64,000 nt of DNA from Camelus dromedarius (Eukaryota), in NCBI RefSeq assembly GCF_036321535.1, contig NC_087437.1, positions 78,556,001-78,620,000 on the forward strand. Direction: 5' to 3'. Positions within the stretch are counted from its first letter, which is position 1, and each line of letters begins with the position of its first letter. Below are positions 42,270 through 54,696 of this stretch, in pieces. The translations under genes were made by a program, and so were the position numbers. The notes below the pieces were generated by a model that saw only the letters and a program-made list of their open reading frames with translations, made no database searches and was not told the DNA's origin.

Positions 42270-42309
<40 letters not shown>

Positions 42310-43315
42310 CTATGTAATATTATTCAGCAATGAGAAAGAAGGAAATTCTGCCATTTGCGACAACACGGATGGACCTCAAGGGTATTTCGCTAAATGAAAT
42401 AAGTTAAAGAAAGACAAATACCATATGAGTTCTCTTGTACATGGAATCTCAGCAAAACAAAACAAGCTCATACATACAGAGAACAGATTGGTGGTTGCCA
42501 GAGGTAGGGAGTTTTGGTTGTGGGGGTCAAGAAACGGGTAAAGAGAGTCAAAGGGTAAAAATAAAAGAAAGTTTATGCACAACAAAGTAATCAAAGTAAC
42601 ATATGAGTAGTGAAGTAGTGGGACATATACATATTTCTGTGAATAATATATAAGAAATATTTTTACTTTTATAATAGAGGGAAAAAAGTCTTTTTCGACA
42701 GGACAGTTCAGACCCAAGTTTATTTCTTCCAGTATAATTTATATAAATTTCAATTTCTGATTGCTATTTTTTTGCATAAATAGTTGCAAACTATGATTGG
42801 CTCTACAGGATACACCAGCAAAGTGGCCACTGATGTGAGACATTACAGTCTTGGGTGGAAGTGATTCATTTGCAGGAAAATTATCAGCATAAATTTGAAA
42901 AAATTAATAAAGTGCTTAGATCAGTGACTGGCACACAGTAGGTGCTACTTAAGTATTAGCTGTTATCATTATTGTTACTATTATTTAGCCTTCTGGGCAT
43001 TAATTTTCCTCAGCCATCCCTTAGTATGTAGGTGCTTGCAACTTTAAAAAAAAAAAAAAAAGTTCACATTCACATAGACTAGACAAGACTGTATTCCTAC
43101 AGTCTTGCCCCAGGGCTATGTACACCTGTCTGTGCCCCCATATAGTATAATTCAAATTCAAAGAAATCTGGATGATCTGGACATCCAGATAATACCACAG
43201 GGGTCCACTATATCAATGGTCTCAAGTTAATAAGAAAAAATTAGGAAGAGGTGGCAAGTGCACTGGAAGTCTTGGAAGCACATCCTCTCCAGAAGGTGGG
43301 AGATAAACTCTGTGG
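39778..43315 (+). mobile_element. ERVL (ERV3-16A3-like) internal region, gag-pro-RT relics, 3' half missing
   Basis: RT relics: FNS...WRITV (~41938-41990), VLPQGY (43102-43119) and HYING in place of HYIDD (43206-43220). Interrupted by an insert at 42144-43060. Confidence 0.8.
42144..42570 (+). mobile_element. 5'-truncated L1 (L1MA9-like) 3' fragment
   Basis: MFTEALFTIVKIWEQPKCPS, GAACAGATTGGTGGTTGCCAGAGG, and an A-rich end at ~42557-42570. Confidence 0.85.
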
Positions 43316-43389
43316 TTTCTGACGACCACCTTAGAAATCATCCACTCAGGAAGAAGCACTGAGTCAATTAGCATGATTCAGAAAGTTTT

Positions 43390-44040
43390 CATCAGTCAGT
43401 TTTGTTTCCTTGGCAGGAAGTTTTTAAGGTTGGCTCAGATTGACTCTCTTGAGGCATATTTTAAGCATTATTAGGGCAGGTCTAGAGTTGCATGTACTTT
43501 ATAACTAGGTTATCGCTACTCTTAACTCTTTTCTGGTGTGTCAGCTGAATTCCCGTGGTGTTTAATGAAGTCTCTACCTTTTGCCTAATTAGTCATCCTA
43601 TATCATCTATGCAACCTCTGGAATCTCTGTTCTTATCAGAGTTTTCCTGTACCTTTTTCTGTCAGGCTTTATGAAGTCAACTTTACTGTCAGCCACAGAC
43701 TCACAAGGAGTCCGTGCAAACTTCTGGAACTTCTTCTCTTCCTAGCTTCCTTCGTCCTTAAATTTTAGCTGCATCAGACCTTTCATCACTGCCTGCCCAG
43801 TACATCTATACTCTGGTTAGACTCTATATCCCCATGCTGTCATCCAGATGCGATCTTGAACAGAAATCTGGAACAATCTTAGATTCCTTTTGTGTTTTTT
43901 CCTTCTTTTGGTGATCACAGTCCCGCACAGTCTACATTACCCAGCATCCAAAAACAGTCATTTCATATATTTTTTCAGTTTCATAGATTTTTATATATTA
44001 AGGTCTAGATAATAGCAGATACTCATTCATGGTCCAAGGA
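43390..44040 (-). mobile_element. ancient L1M 5'-end fragment
   Basis: Ends AAAACAGTCATTTCATATATTTT...TACTCATTCATGG, resembling the antisense 5' ends of old L1M elements. Confidence 0.6.
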
Positions 44041-45119
44041 TTTGGATTTTGATATTAGGAGAAACACAGCATCAAATGTAATAGGGTGGAAAAGAAATAT
44101 GGTTAGACTTATTTAGCTTATAATTTATTAATGTAAGGTGAAAAAATGTTCCTATCATGTGGATTCTACTTTCTTAATAAAGTATGAAATCTATTAATAA
44201 AGAAGATGTTGGGAAACTCAGGGTGAGGGGAATTGCTAGACAGAGGTGAACATATTTTCTTTAAAAAATGGAAAAACTCACTTATTAAAACCCCTCAAAA
44301 CTTTTACTAATATTTAATTTAAAATGTTTTCTTCATTGTTTGAATGTGATTGCCTTACCATATAAAGATATATAAGAACAGAGGATTAAAGAAACTGACA
44401 GTAAGCTAAAGAGTTGAATTCAACACACCTCACAGTTGCTGAGAATTTTCTAAATATTTTCTGGATACCATTCTAACCTATAAAAATTAAATAAAAAAAT
44501 ACATTGTAAACATACTGACCTTCAGAGTAAATTGATTGAAAAAGACTGTAGCCATAATGTATGTTTTATGGTAACTAAGATTTATTATCTATAACATTAA
44601 ACACCTGTCATTTGACTCCCTCTTTATTCTACCTACATAAAAAGAAATAAACAAGATATATAGACACACAAACACAAATTAGATCACGAGGTCATAGGAA
44701 TAGAACTAACTTCAATAACAGAAAATCTGGTTCAGCAATTTACCAGTTTGGGGAATTTGGAAGTCACTTAAAAGTACCTAGAACTTTGAAATTGCATCCG
44801 TATAGCAATAGGTAATAAATATTACATATGCTCCTTAAGTGTGTAATGAAGAACAAGTAACATAAGTTATATGAAAGCATGATGTTGAGTTTAAGGAAGT
44901 CATAGAAAAGGCAACTTTATCCTATAAAGATTTTTTTTACTAATAGACTTTAAAAATTTAGATAACATAACATAATGTGGCATATGTCTTTTTTTCTTTC
45001 TATCCCCCCTCCACCATTGCTTGCTACTCATGAATAGTAAAACTCTGACTCAAATTTAAAATAATTTATTTGTGATAGTTCTAAAAGTAACTTTTTCTTC
45101 CATCAGTATACATATGTGA

Positions 45120-45860
45120 TCTTAATCCACTTACTCTCTGCTGTATCTTTCTTCTTTCAAAGGAAACGTAATGAAAGAATTGTCTTCAGTAATATTCTAT
45201 ACATGCTCACATCATTATCATTCCTTAGTCCATTCAAATTGTCCTTTATTTTTATTACTCCAGAGTGTTCTTTTGTCAAGTTTAACAATCTCCTCCACGG
45301 CCCTCTTTATGTGAGTGACCTCTTCACAGCATTCAGGTATGTGAGAATTGGTTTAAAGTACTTTAGGGTCTTGTCCCCATCTTACTCTACAGTTTCATCT
45401 ATGACCACCTTTCTGCTTAACCTCTAATCCGGCAACTCTGGCCTTCTTTAAACTTCTTCAGTACCTCAGCAAAGGGCCTTTGCATAGACGGTTTCTTCTG
45501 TGTGGACTTCTCTTTCCTCTGAAATTCACATAGGTGAATCGTTTTTGTCGTGTAGCTCAAAATTAAAGGTCATCTTATTTACATCTCTTCTACCTCCTTA
45601 AAGCAAAATAGCCAAGCAGTTAATTTCTACCAATTACTTCTTATTTCAAATTTTTGCATAGCTTGCGTGGTTCTTAAAGGTTAACTTATCTTATTTGTAT
45701 ATTACCTATATCTCACATTAGAATGTAAGCTTCATGAAAATCAAGAACCTGGTATACTGTATTCACTACAATAATCAATACTAAAGTTATGAGGCAGGTA
45801 ATTAATGATTAATGGACACTGGTTAAAATAATGAATGCATGATAAATAAATAAATATGAA
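45120..45860 (+). mobile_element. L2 3' fragment
   Basis: AGGGCCTTTGCA and TAGAATGTAAGCTTCATGA motifs, ending in an AATGAAT-type tail. Confidence 0.75.
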
Positions 45861-46249
45861 ATAAATAGATGTCCTTAATCCACACTAAGGGATCAGGAGA
45901 TAGTTTCCTGCTGCAGATGATACTTGAACTGAGCTTTGAGAATAAACAAATGTTCTGTTCTTTCAGTACAGAAGAGGAGGAAGGGCATTCTAGTCATAAG
46001 GTTCATGTTGAGGGAGAACCAGGACATGACACAGTTGGAATAAATATAATTTGGCAGTTCCTTGTATATGTTAGGTAAGTTATGTAAGTTAATAAAAAAA
46101 AACTTACAAGATTATTTTGCAGAATTAGATGATAAGAATAAACTTACTTAATGCAGTCCAGTGTATAATAATTCTCATTTTGCAGATACACAAACTATTG
46201 CCCATTTTTTTCCCACTTTTTTTAAACAATGAGGTTTTTTTTATTATTA

Positions 46250-46814
46250 TTATTAAGTGACAAGTTACTATAAGTTTAGCATCTTAAAACAACATATATT
46301 TATTATCTCAGAGTTTGGCTGAGTCAGGAATCTTGGCATTGCTTAATTGGATCCTATGCAAGGTTAGAATTAAGACATTGGAAAGGGCTCAGTTCTTATC
46401 TGGAAATTCAACTGGCAATGACTCTTGTTCAACTCATGTTCACTGAGATGACTGACAGAATTCATTTTCTTGTGCCTGTGTGACTCAAGGCCTGGCTTCT
46501 TGCTGGCTATCAGGCCATTCTCAGGCCTTCATCATCAAACAGGCCTTTCATCAGGTCAGTTTCTAGAGACCACCATTATTTCCTTACCATGTGGACCTCT
46601 CCTCTACACACGTTTCTCACAGCATGGCCTCTTCAAAGACAGACAGAAAGAAAGTGAGTGAGTCTTCCAAGATGAAATTTTATGAAGTATAATATTAGGA
46701 TTTATGATCCATCACCTTTACCAAGTTTTGTTGATTAAAAGCAGTTCACAGATACCACCCACTCTAAAAGAGAGGAGAGAATTATAGGGACCTCCTTAAA
46801 ATCTGTCCACTACA
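46250..46814 (-). mobile_element. MLT1F-like MaLR solo LTR
   Basis: CTTAAAACAACATATATTTATTATCTCA...CAGAATTCATTTTCTTG...CCATCACCTTT...CTACA. Confidence 0.8.
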
Positions 46815-49019
46815 AAACATGATGATAACAATCTCAGATCCCCAAACTAAACTACGAGTAACTTCTTCCTTTATTTCTCTCTTCTTAGGAAAGAAAATCT
46901 AAACAAACAAGTAAGTTTCCCCAATTTTCAAATATTTTAAGTTTCTGCCAAAAATATTATTTGCCAGGTTATGTTTTGAGACCCTTGGCACACATTCTCC
47001 AAATAGAAATTACAACCATTAGACAAACTGTTGCTTTTTCCCATTGCCACTGCCCTTCTTCATTTCATGGCAAATAGTTTTGATACAAAGGATTATAATG
47101 TAGATTCTGTGATTTTTTTTTAAAGTATGAACTCACCACTCCTCCCCAAATATTCTTAGGCTTTATTTTACTTCATATTAACCAAAAATTTCAATCACGT
47201 GATGTTTTTCACAGTATAGTCTGTCAAGCTGCTCTACTTAGCCAGGGATTCTCCCTTTTAAAATTTCCTTGCTTTTTATAAGATGTGTATCAAAATGCCT
47301 GGCTATTATCTAGTTTCAGTCCTTTAGCCTATCATACATAAAGCAGAAATCTTGGGGTTTTGCAACTAATTTGTCTTAGTGACAAGTTCCTCTTTTTTAC
47401 TTTGCCCTCTTGTTTAGTCACGCCTGAGGATCATTACCTCTACCTCATTTAATATGAACTTTACTCTATCCAACCCCATTTCTTCCCAATCTTACTCATA
47501 AGAAAGCAAGCTGTTTTTCTACAAAGAATTTCTCTAGCTCTCCAGGGAAGTTCACATTCTTTTATTTTTATTTTCTTTTCATAATTGCAAGTGGCACTAG
47601 ATTGCATAGTGTAAAATAGGCACATTGAAGTCAGAAAGAAGAAAAGGAATCTGCAACAACCAACATGGTTTTCTATAAAATCTGCTTTAAGTAATAAGTA
47701 GACATTGAGTGTGAGGAGAAACCATGGATTTGGGAAAGGGGTAAGATGTCTGCAGCAGTTCAGGTCACAAATAATAATGGCTGCAATTTCATAAAACATT
47801 ACCCTTGAACTTATCTGTGGTACTACCAATTAAACTCTCTTCTTAAAATAGTTTTCAGTTATAAACTTTTTAAAAAGGGATCAATTAACATATTGTCACA
47901 TAAGACAAGGGAAGCAGGATGATAGACTAGAAAAAAATAGACAAAGTTAGAAGAAAATGTTTAACCCTTATTTGGAACTAGCTGCGTCTCATTTGAAATA
48001 AAGGGATGAATTATTTGGCCTTCATGGTATTTTAAGCTCTTTTATGTTTTGCATCTATTTGTATAAATAAGTTTTTAAGGAAAAGAAATAAACTCAGAGA
48101 CTAGGAAGGGAGACTGGTGACAGTTATGCAGTTGGATTCTTGGATTTTTTTTGTAAAGTCATATATATTCCACTTAACAACTTTTCATCCCTTAAGCTCC
48201 TAGAATATAGGACCTATATAGTGATTTGAGACTTTGAGATCCTTCAAGACCTTGCAGTAATCCCTGACCAATAACGTTATAATCACTAAGTTAGTAATAA
48301 CATTAGCTTTAATCCACCCACACTATTCATTTAGGACTAGGTTGTTTGAATTATCTTCCAGTAGTCAGTGGGCAGTTTTTCTCTGTAAGGATAACTTTAG
48401 GATTATATTAACACCTTATCATAAATTCAGCACATAAGTAAACTGTTTTCATAGGATTATGAAATAAATCCATCAATATTTACTGTTTTTAGATACAAAA
48501 CAATATATGCAAAGATGATAGGTAAAGTGAAGATAACAAAGAATTGGTTTGAAAAGTAGAGATGCAAATGAAATCTGATTTAGACAAAATATAACTCATA
48601 ATCCCTTCCAATGGGTTCTATATATGAAAGCTAGAGAATATCAGCTTTAGATATTTATATTTAGACATAAAAAACATGGTAAGATTATTTTATAAGTAAT
48701 TCTATAATTCTGTATAAGTAATTCTATTTTGAATACCACATGAAGATAAACAAAAATAAAGATTAATCTTGCACTATAGTAAAAATGCAGGAGAAACCAT
48801 CCCACAACTGGCAGATACCAGCAAACCAGAGAGTGGTTAAGCAAGGGTGAAATATTTTCTTCAAGCAAAAAACACCTGCAAAATTTTAATTAAAAAAGGG
48901 AGCATGTAAATTGATATTTCAAATATGTTATATCCAGGAACACCCCTGTTGTTACCCCATTCATACATTTAATTAGATAAATAATTTAGGCTAAATTTTT
49001 CTAAAAATTTATCCCTAAC

Positions 49020-49650
49020 ATTTTAAATCTCTTTCTTTTAAACATTTTTTTGTTATAGTTAATAGAATCAGTTTTCAGTATAATTTCTAACCTATTGTTT
49101 CTATTAGAGCAGTAAGCAGTTGCTTTGTGTGTCTGAGTAATCTTATATCCAGCAACTTTGACAGTGTTTTAACAATTTCATCTATGGTCTTGTAGGTTTA
49201 TGTCAACAAATGCACACCATAAAAGTAATGATATTTTGTTTCTCACTTTTCAGGTGTTTTTTTTTGGGGGGGTGAGGTAATTAGATTTATTTACTTATTT
49301 TTAATGGTGGTATTGGGGTTTGAACCCATGATGTCATGCATGCTAGGCATGTACTCTATTACTGAGCTTTATCTTCTCCCTTGTTTCTCACTTTTCAATA
49401 AGAGTGGATACTTATATTGATTGCATCTTTGTTATGTTATATTTGTTTTTGGAAATTCAAATTTGATCTTCTCTCTATGCATTATTTGTTAAAAACATCA
49501 TGCATTAAGATGAGATGTCAGGAAAGCTCAGAATTTGTCTACTAAATTTTGGTTTTATATGTATTAATTTAAAATATCAGTGTGATGTTGCATAGCAATG
49601 GAGAAGGAAGATACTTGTATCTTGTTCCTAACTTAAAAGTGAATACATGC
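49020..49650 (-). mobile_element. old L1 ORF2 relic hosting the SINE
   Basis: TTATATCCAGCAACTTTG and CTTGTATCTTGTTCCTAACTTAAAAGTGAAT. Confidence 0.5.
49253..49380 (-). mobile_element. tRNA-Ala-derived SINE (camelid Vic-1-like)
   Basis: The - strand reads A-box-like AGCTCAGTAATAGAG, CTAGCATGCATG, B box GGTTCAAACCC, then TAATTACCTCACCCCCCC and an A tail. TSD TTGTTTCTCACTTTTCA at 49236-49252 and 49381-49397. Confidence 0.9.
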
Positions 49651-49689
49651 CTCAGATATTTGACTCGACTTAGTAATTTCTAAACGGTG

Positions 49690-49880
49690 TTTACATTAAC
49701 CAATTTCACTAAACATAGCTGTGAGTAGGCTGGACACGTGATATCATTAGTTTATAGGCATGAGAACTGAGATTCAGACAAGGTAACTAACATGCTTAAG
49801 ACATGCAGGTACTGGATATCTTGAGAGCTGGGTTGAAAAGGCATCTGATTTCTTCACAAATGATCTCACAACTGTATTTA
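49690..49880 (-). mobile_element. MIR SINE
   Basis: TTTTATAGGCATGAGAACTGAGATTCAGACAAGGTAACTAAC core. Confidence 0.65.
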
Positions 49881-50898
49881 AAAAGGTCACAGACCAAAGC
49901 TTCTGAATCAAAGGTTGTTTATTTGTATTCCCTTTGATTTCAGCACTTTTTTAGTGCCTTGTACTTATGGTTTACATAGTAGTGTGAAACTTTTTGCCAA
50001 ATGTTTAGAATTCTTTGACTCATTGAGCCCCAGTCTGACCATTTGGTTAAAATGCTCTGTATAGCTATTACATGTGGAGAAAATTTCTTGATGAGTTAAC
50101 AGTTTTAGGACAAGGGCATTGTACTATAAAATAACTATTTTAAGAGGCACTTTTTTGCCAATTGTGAGTATAGCTAGGAATGAAAGGACAGATATTGTGC
50201 AATGTGTTTCAACTACAGAGCACAGGTGACAGGGGGTCCCTGCATTGGGTTGGAAAAACTGGTCATGTCTGGTATTCCAGCATGGCTGGAATTTTAAAGC
50301 AACTTGTGCAAGAACCAGAGGTTTCACAGAGTATCCTATGTTGGAAGGAAAATGATCATTAACTGTTCAGTAGAATTTCTATTTCTGGAAACTCATCCTC
50401 TTTAATGTCCTTTGATAACATTGAACGGTGGACCAGAGACATCCTCTGGAGCCACTCAGACTGATGAAGAGGAAGCTGTACCCTTCCATTCCAAGCCTTT
50501 TAAAGAATTTGCATTTTCAAATTTTCTCCCTCTGCATTTCCAATAACTGTTCACTAAGAAGATGGAAGCTAATATTGATTGCATCCTGGTTGCTTTATAC
50601 TTGGGAAATCTAATCAGATCTTTTCCTTATGCATCCATCATATTGAAAAGTTTTGTGTCTTGTTTAATTAAGATGAGACCTCAGAAAAACTCGGTGTTAT
50701 TTCAGATATTTTGATCTTCTAACATTTGTTTTTTATGTTTGATGTTCTCAGTGTTTGCTTCTGGTGTGATGATAATTTTAGGATCCAATTTTGATTCTTT
50801 AGCCTTTCAGTCCTCTATACCTTAAATTATGCTTGTTTGTTTTATATGTTTTAAAAATGTGTTTGTTTGCTCATAGACATCTACTCTTAAAGGGAAGG

Positions 50899-51097
50899 AT
50901 GTTAATTTTAACCTTGGCACAATTGGCATTTTGAACTGGATAATCCTTTGTGTAGGGGGCTGTCTTGTGCATAGTAGGATGTTTAGCAGCATCCTGGTCT
51001 TACATGAACTAGATGCTTTACAGCACCCACTCCCACCCCCCAAAACTGTGACAACCAAAAATGTCTCTAGACATTATCAAATGTCTCTTGTTGAAAG
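50899..51097 (-). mobile_element. MER20 (hAT-Charlie) copy 1
   Basis: GGCTGTCTTGTGCATAGTAGGATGTTTAGCAGCATCC...TGTGACAACCAAAAATGTCTCTAGACATT. Confidence 0.88.
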
Positions 51098-51278
51098 CAG
51101 TCATTGTCAATGGAGAGCAATTTTGTTTTGCAGGGAAACTTTCTAGCAACTGGGGAAAGGGGTGCTATTAGCATCTAGTCAGTAATGCTGCTAAGCATCC
51201 TACAATGCACAGGGCAGAACTCACAACAAAGAATAATTCTGACCAAAATGCCAATGGTCCTGACATTGAGAAACTCAG
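51098..51278 (+). mobile_element. MER20 copy 2, inverted relative to copy 1
   Basis: CAGTCATTGTCAA...ATGCTGCTAAGCATCCTACAATGCACAGG...TTGAGAAACTCAG. Confidence 0.88.
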
Positions 51279-53265
51279 TTTGTAAATCAGTTGTAGTTCT
51301 TTATTTAGAAGTTAGAATACCAGATTGATTTCTCTAGAATGAAAGCTTTCAGGAAACTTCAACTCTAGTTTAGATGTGTGGCAGAAAGTAAAACAAGACA
51401 TATTGCTCTGCAATTTTGAAATTCTGACCTCCAGCTTTCTATGTCCATCTATACCTGTCAAATTCAGTTACACAATCACCTCATGCTCTACAACTGATAC
51501 TCTTCCATCAAGTTCTGTGGTTTCAGTTACACATCTTTTGTACTTATGATTAAGTTCATATACAGATAAGCTTTCAGATTTAGTTGCTCCTACACTTAGC
51601 AGTACTATACCTAGAATACAGTTACGGATATTCCCTCTCACTTTGCAATGCTTCAAACTACACCTGGTCTTTCTTTGTTCTCAGTACAGAAACTTAAATC
51701 TTAGCTTTCCACAAAATTGCAGAGCAAAATGGAATATTAAGGGGTCATTCCTATAAGCCTCAATTTCCAACTGAGTGACTATTTAAACTATACACTAAAA
51801 AGGACAACTCTCTAAAACTTTCAACTATCTTTCATGAATTTCTCCATGAGATTCAAATGGAAGGTTTCTGCATGGGAACTTTGGAATATCTGAAATGCAG
51901 GATAACAAGGTAGCGCACATTTTTTATTAAGAACTTTAATGAGCTGTAAAACACATTTTTCACCAAAAGTAGACACTAACTGTGCCTGTACAAAAAGATA
52001 CAGCACCTTACTGGGTGAGCACAGCCTTTGCAATGCTGAATTCTCTCACTCACCTGTGGAACTTTGGGTGTGTGATGCTTTTGATTCAGATTTAACAACC
52101 CCATATCTATTCAGTATTCCAGTAACTAAACTGACTATGGGCTTCTTTAAGGCAGGTACTGGACAATTTTCCATCAGCGTGTACTCCCTCTTCCTCTCCT
52201 GTGCACACAGAGGTAATGGATCTTAGAAATGGGCTCAAAATCCTCTTCATGACATCCTGGAAGAGCAGCTATCTCCTTATCAACACCCACCTGTTGGCCT
52301 GGTGCTTGTACTATGATCTGCTATAGTTGCAGATCTGAGAATTTATGGGCCATGAAGTCATCATAGGCTACTTAGACAGCTCTCAACTTGTGGCTCTACA
52401 TCAAATAATCCTTCTCATCCTGCCAAGTGAAGGGAATGTATATTTCCCCCAAGAATTCACAACTTTCTTGCTCTCACTTTTTAAAAATAATTTTTTCTGT
52501 GCTAGCCAGAGAGCCACTGCCAATTTTCCTCAGGGTCCTTTCCTCTAGATATATTTATGGTTTTTTTGCTCACTTTGCCTTCCAATTTCACCTTTCTCTA
52601 TTGTATATCCTATTATTATATTGTATTCCAACTATGTCTAAAGAGTAGCTTCCACCTGCCATTTAAATGCTTTTGATAAGGCTATATACTAAGTTATAAG
52701 AACAAGATTTTTTTTTTTAAGTCTGTAGTGAGGACTATCTCCAGATGTATTCTCAATCTCTCACTTCCTTATTTTTCTGCCCCTCACAGTTTATTTAATC
52801 ACTCTTTGTTAATTGGATTCCTCAGTTACACAGACACATTATATTCTATAATTGATGCTCTTCCATCAAACTCTGTAGTTTCAGTTACCCACCTTCTGTA
52901 TTTACAATTAAATTCATATTTGGATAAGCTTCAGATTTAGTTTCTTGGTTTTTAAATCCTTCTATGAATCTAGATTTAGCCATCTGTGGATTCTACTCTT
53001 TGTCTCTGCTCACCTGTATTCTTGACTATGGCAGAGATTTAAATATGCTCCAAGTTTTAGCTGACATGTAACTTGGTCAGATGGACACAATTTTTGTTTT
53101 TAGCTTAGAGAGTGAAACATATTATCATAAGTAGAGACTGAAAAATTCACAGCAGTATTTTGCAATATTTAGCCATTTTTGCTATAACAAGAGTAATTTA
53201 AAGTTATTTATAAAGTGTTGGTAACTAATTTGATTCAGAATACATGGTGAAAGATGAGATGAGAG

Positions 53266-53421
53266 TAGTGGTTCTTAGATATTTTTAATAGGCCTTTGCA
53301 ATCTGATTTAAAAAATGCTTTTCTTCAGAAAATAATACCTTAAATTTCAAAGGGTTCATTGGTAGTAAAGACCTCCCATGGACACCTTAGTCATCTATAC
53401 ATACAAAGTTAAGAAACTCTG
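53266..53421 (+). mobile_element. MER117-like hAT element
   Basis: Ends TAGTGGTTCTTA / TTAAGAAACTCTG; internal AAATTTCAAAGGGTTCA...CCATGGAC. Confidence 0.6.
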
Positions 53422-54696
53422 CTAATGGCTTTATTTATCAAACACAAAAAGGGAGTTTTTTATGGGCACTCTATCTCCCTAGTCTAGAAATCTTTCATTA
53501 CTCTTCCAGAATAGCACCAGCCAAATATAATGGTGACAATTTCTAGGATAAAATAATAATAAAATAACAATTAACAAGCAAAAATATACTCCAAGTTTTT
53601 CATTGCAGTATGCTTCTATAAATATGCTCCAGTGTAAAGGAATTATTGCCAAGACCTAGGCATAAATATAAAAAACAAGTAGATTTTCAAATATAGTACA
53701 CTTGATACAAAGAGACAATCATAGAATAGATAGCAAAACTGAATTCAAATGACTATAGACTTACTATTATCCATCCAAAGTTAAAGGACACTAGTATAAG
53801 GATAAATTTTTTATGACAGCTTGGCTAATTTGTCAAGAATTAGAAATACAGAAAAAGAGAGCAAGAGAATGAAAGCAATAGCGGGCATATCAAACAAGAA
53901 AGAGAAGACAGAGAAGAAGAGGGAGAAGAAGGAGGAAGAGAAGAAGAACGAGGAGTGAGAGGATGCATTTTTTTTCCATTTACTTAAATTTTTTAAAGAT
54001 TAAAAATTTAATGTGCATTCTCCCCTGTTTAATTCTTCAAGATCCCATATTTCCCTGTAAATTTTTCTAATGGCACCAAATAAATCAAGATAATGGAGAC
54101 TTTAATTTCTACTGTCTATAATCCCACCTTAAATGTTTATCCCTTGACCAAGATGAGACAACATAATTCCTGAAAGTCCCCCATCACCCAAGTATATCTA
54201 GTCCTTAAAATTTGTTCTATTAGTAATTCTTTTTAACATGCTTTTTTTAAATAGGGTTTTTCAACTTAATATCTCTTATTTTGCTGCAAAATACCCCCAA
54301 ATTTCTTTTACTTTTTCTCTCTGCTAGTATTTATGTTCACGAATTTATCATGAATAAATTCTTAATAAATTCTGTAAGATAACTTTCATTTGTACTGCTC
54401 ACTACTTTCATTGTTGTTCAGTATTCATATAAAAGACTTGTATTTTCAACTTTTGACCATTATGAATAATATCCCTAGAAGTATAATATTATATTTTGCC
54501 AAATAAGAAACCATCATTTTAGTTGTTTAAATAATTTATTCCAATTGATATAAGCAGATATAAAGTTAAAATTTAGCACAGCTATACCTGAGCAAGATTT
54601 CAAGAAATGGGGGGAAGGGATCTGACAAATGAAGTTTGCCTCAATTTTTCAGACTCTTATCTCAATCCTACTGTACACTTTCAGATCTAAGAAACT

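Noticed and set aside
44520..44574. Possible minus-strand exon YHKTYIMATVFFNQFTLK
   Set aside because: The donor is plausible but the acceptor lacks a pyrimidine tract.
49305..49378. tRNA-Ala gene
   Set aside because: The cloverleaf is degenerate, and the SINE tail and TSD show it is a SINE.
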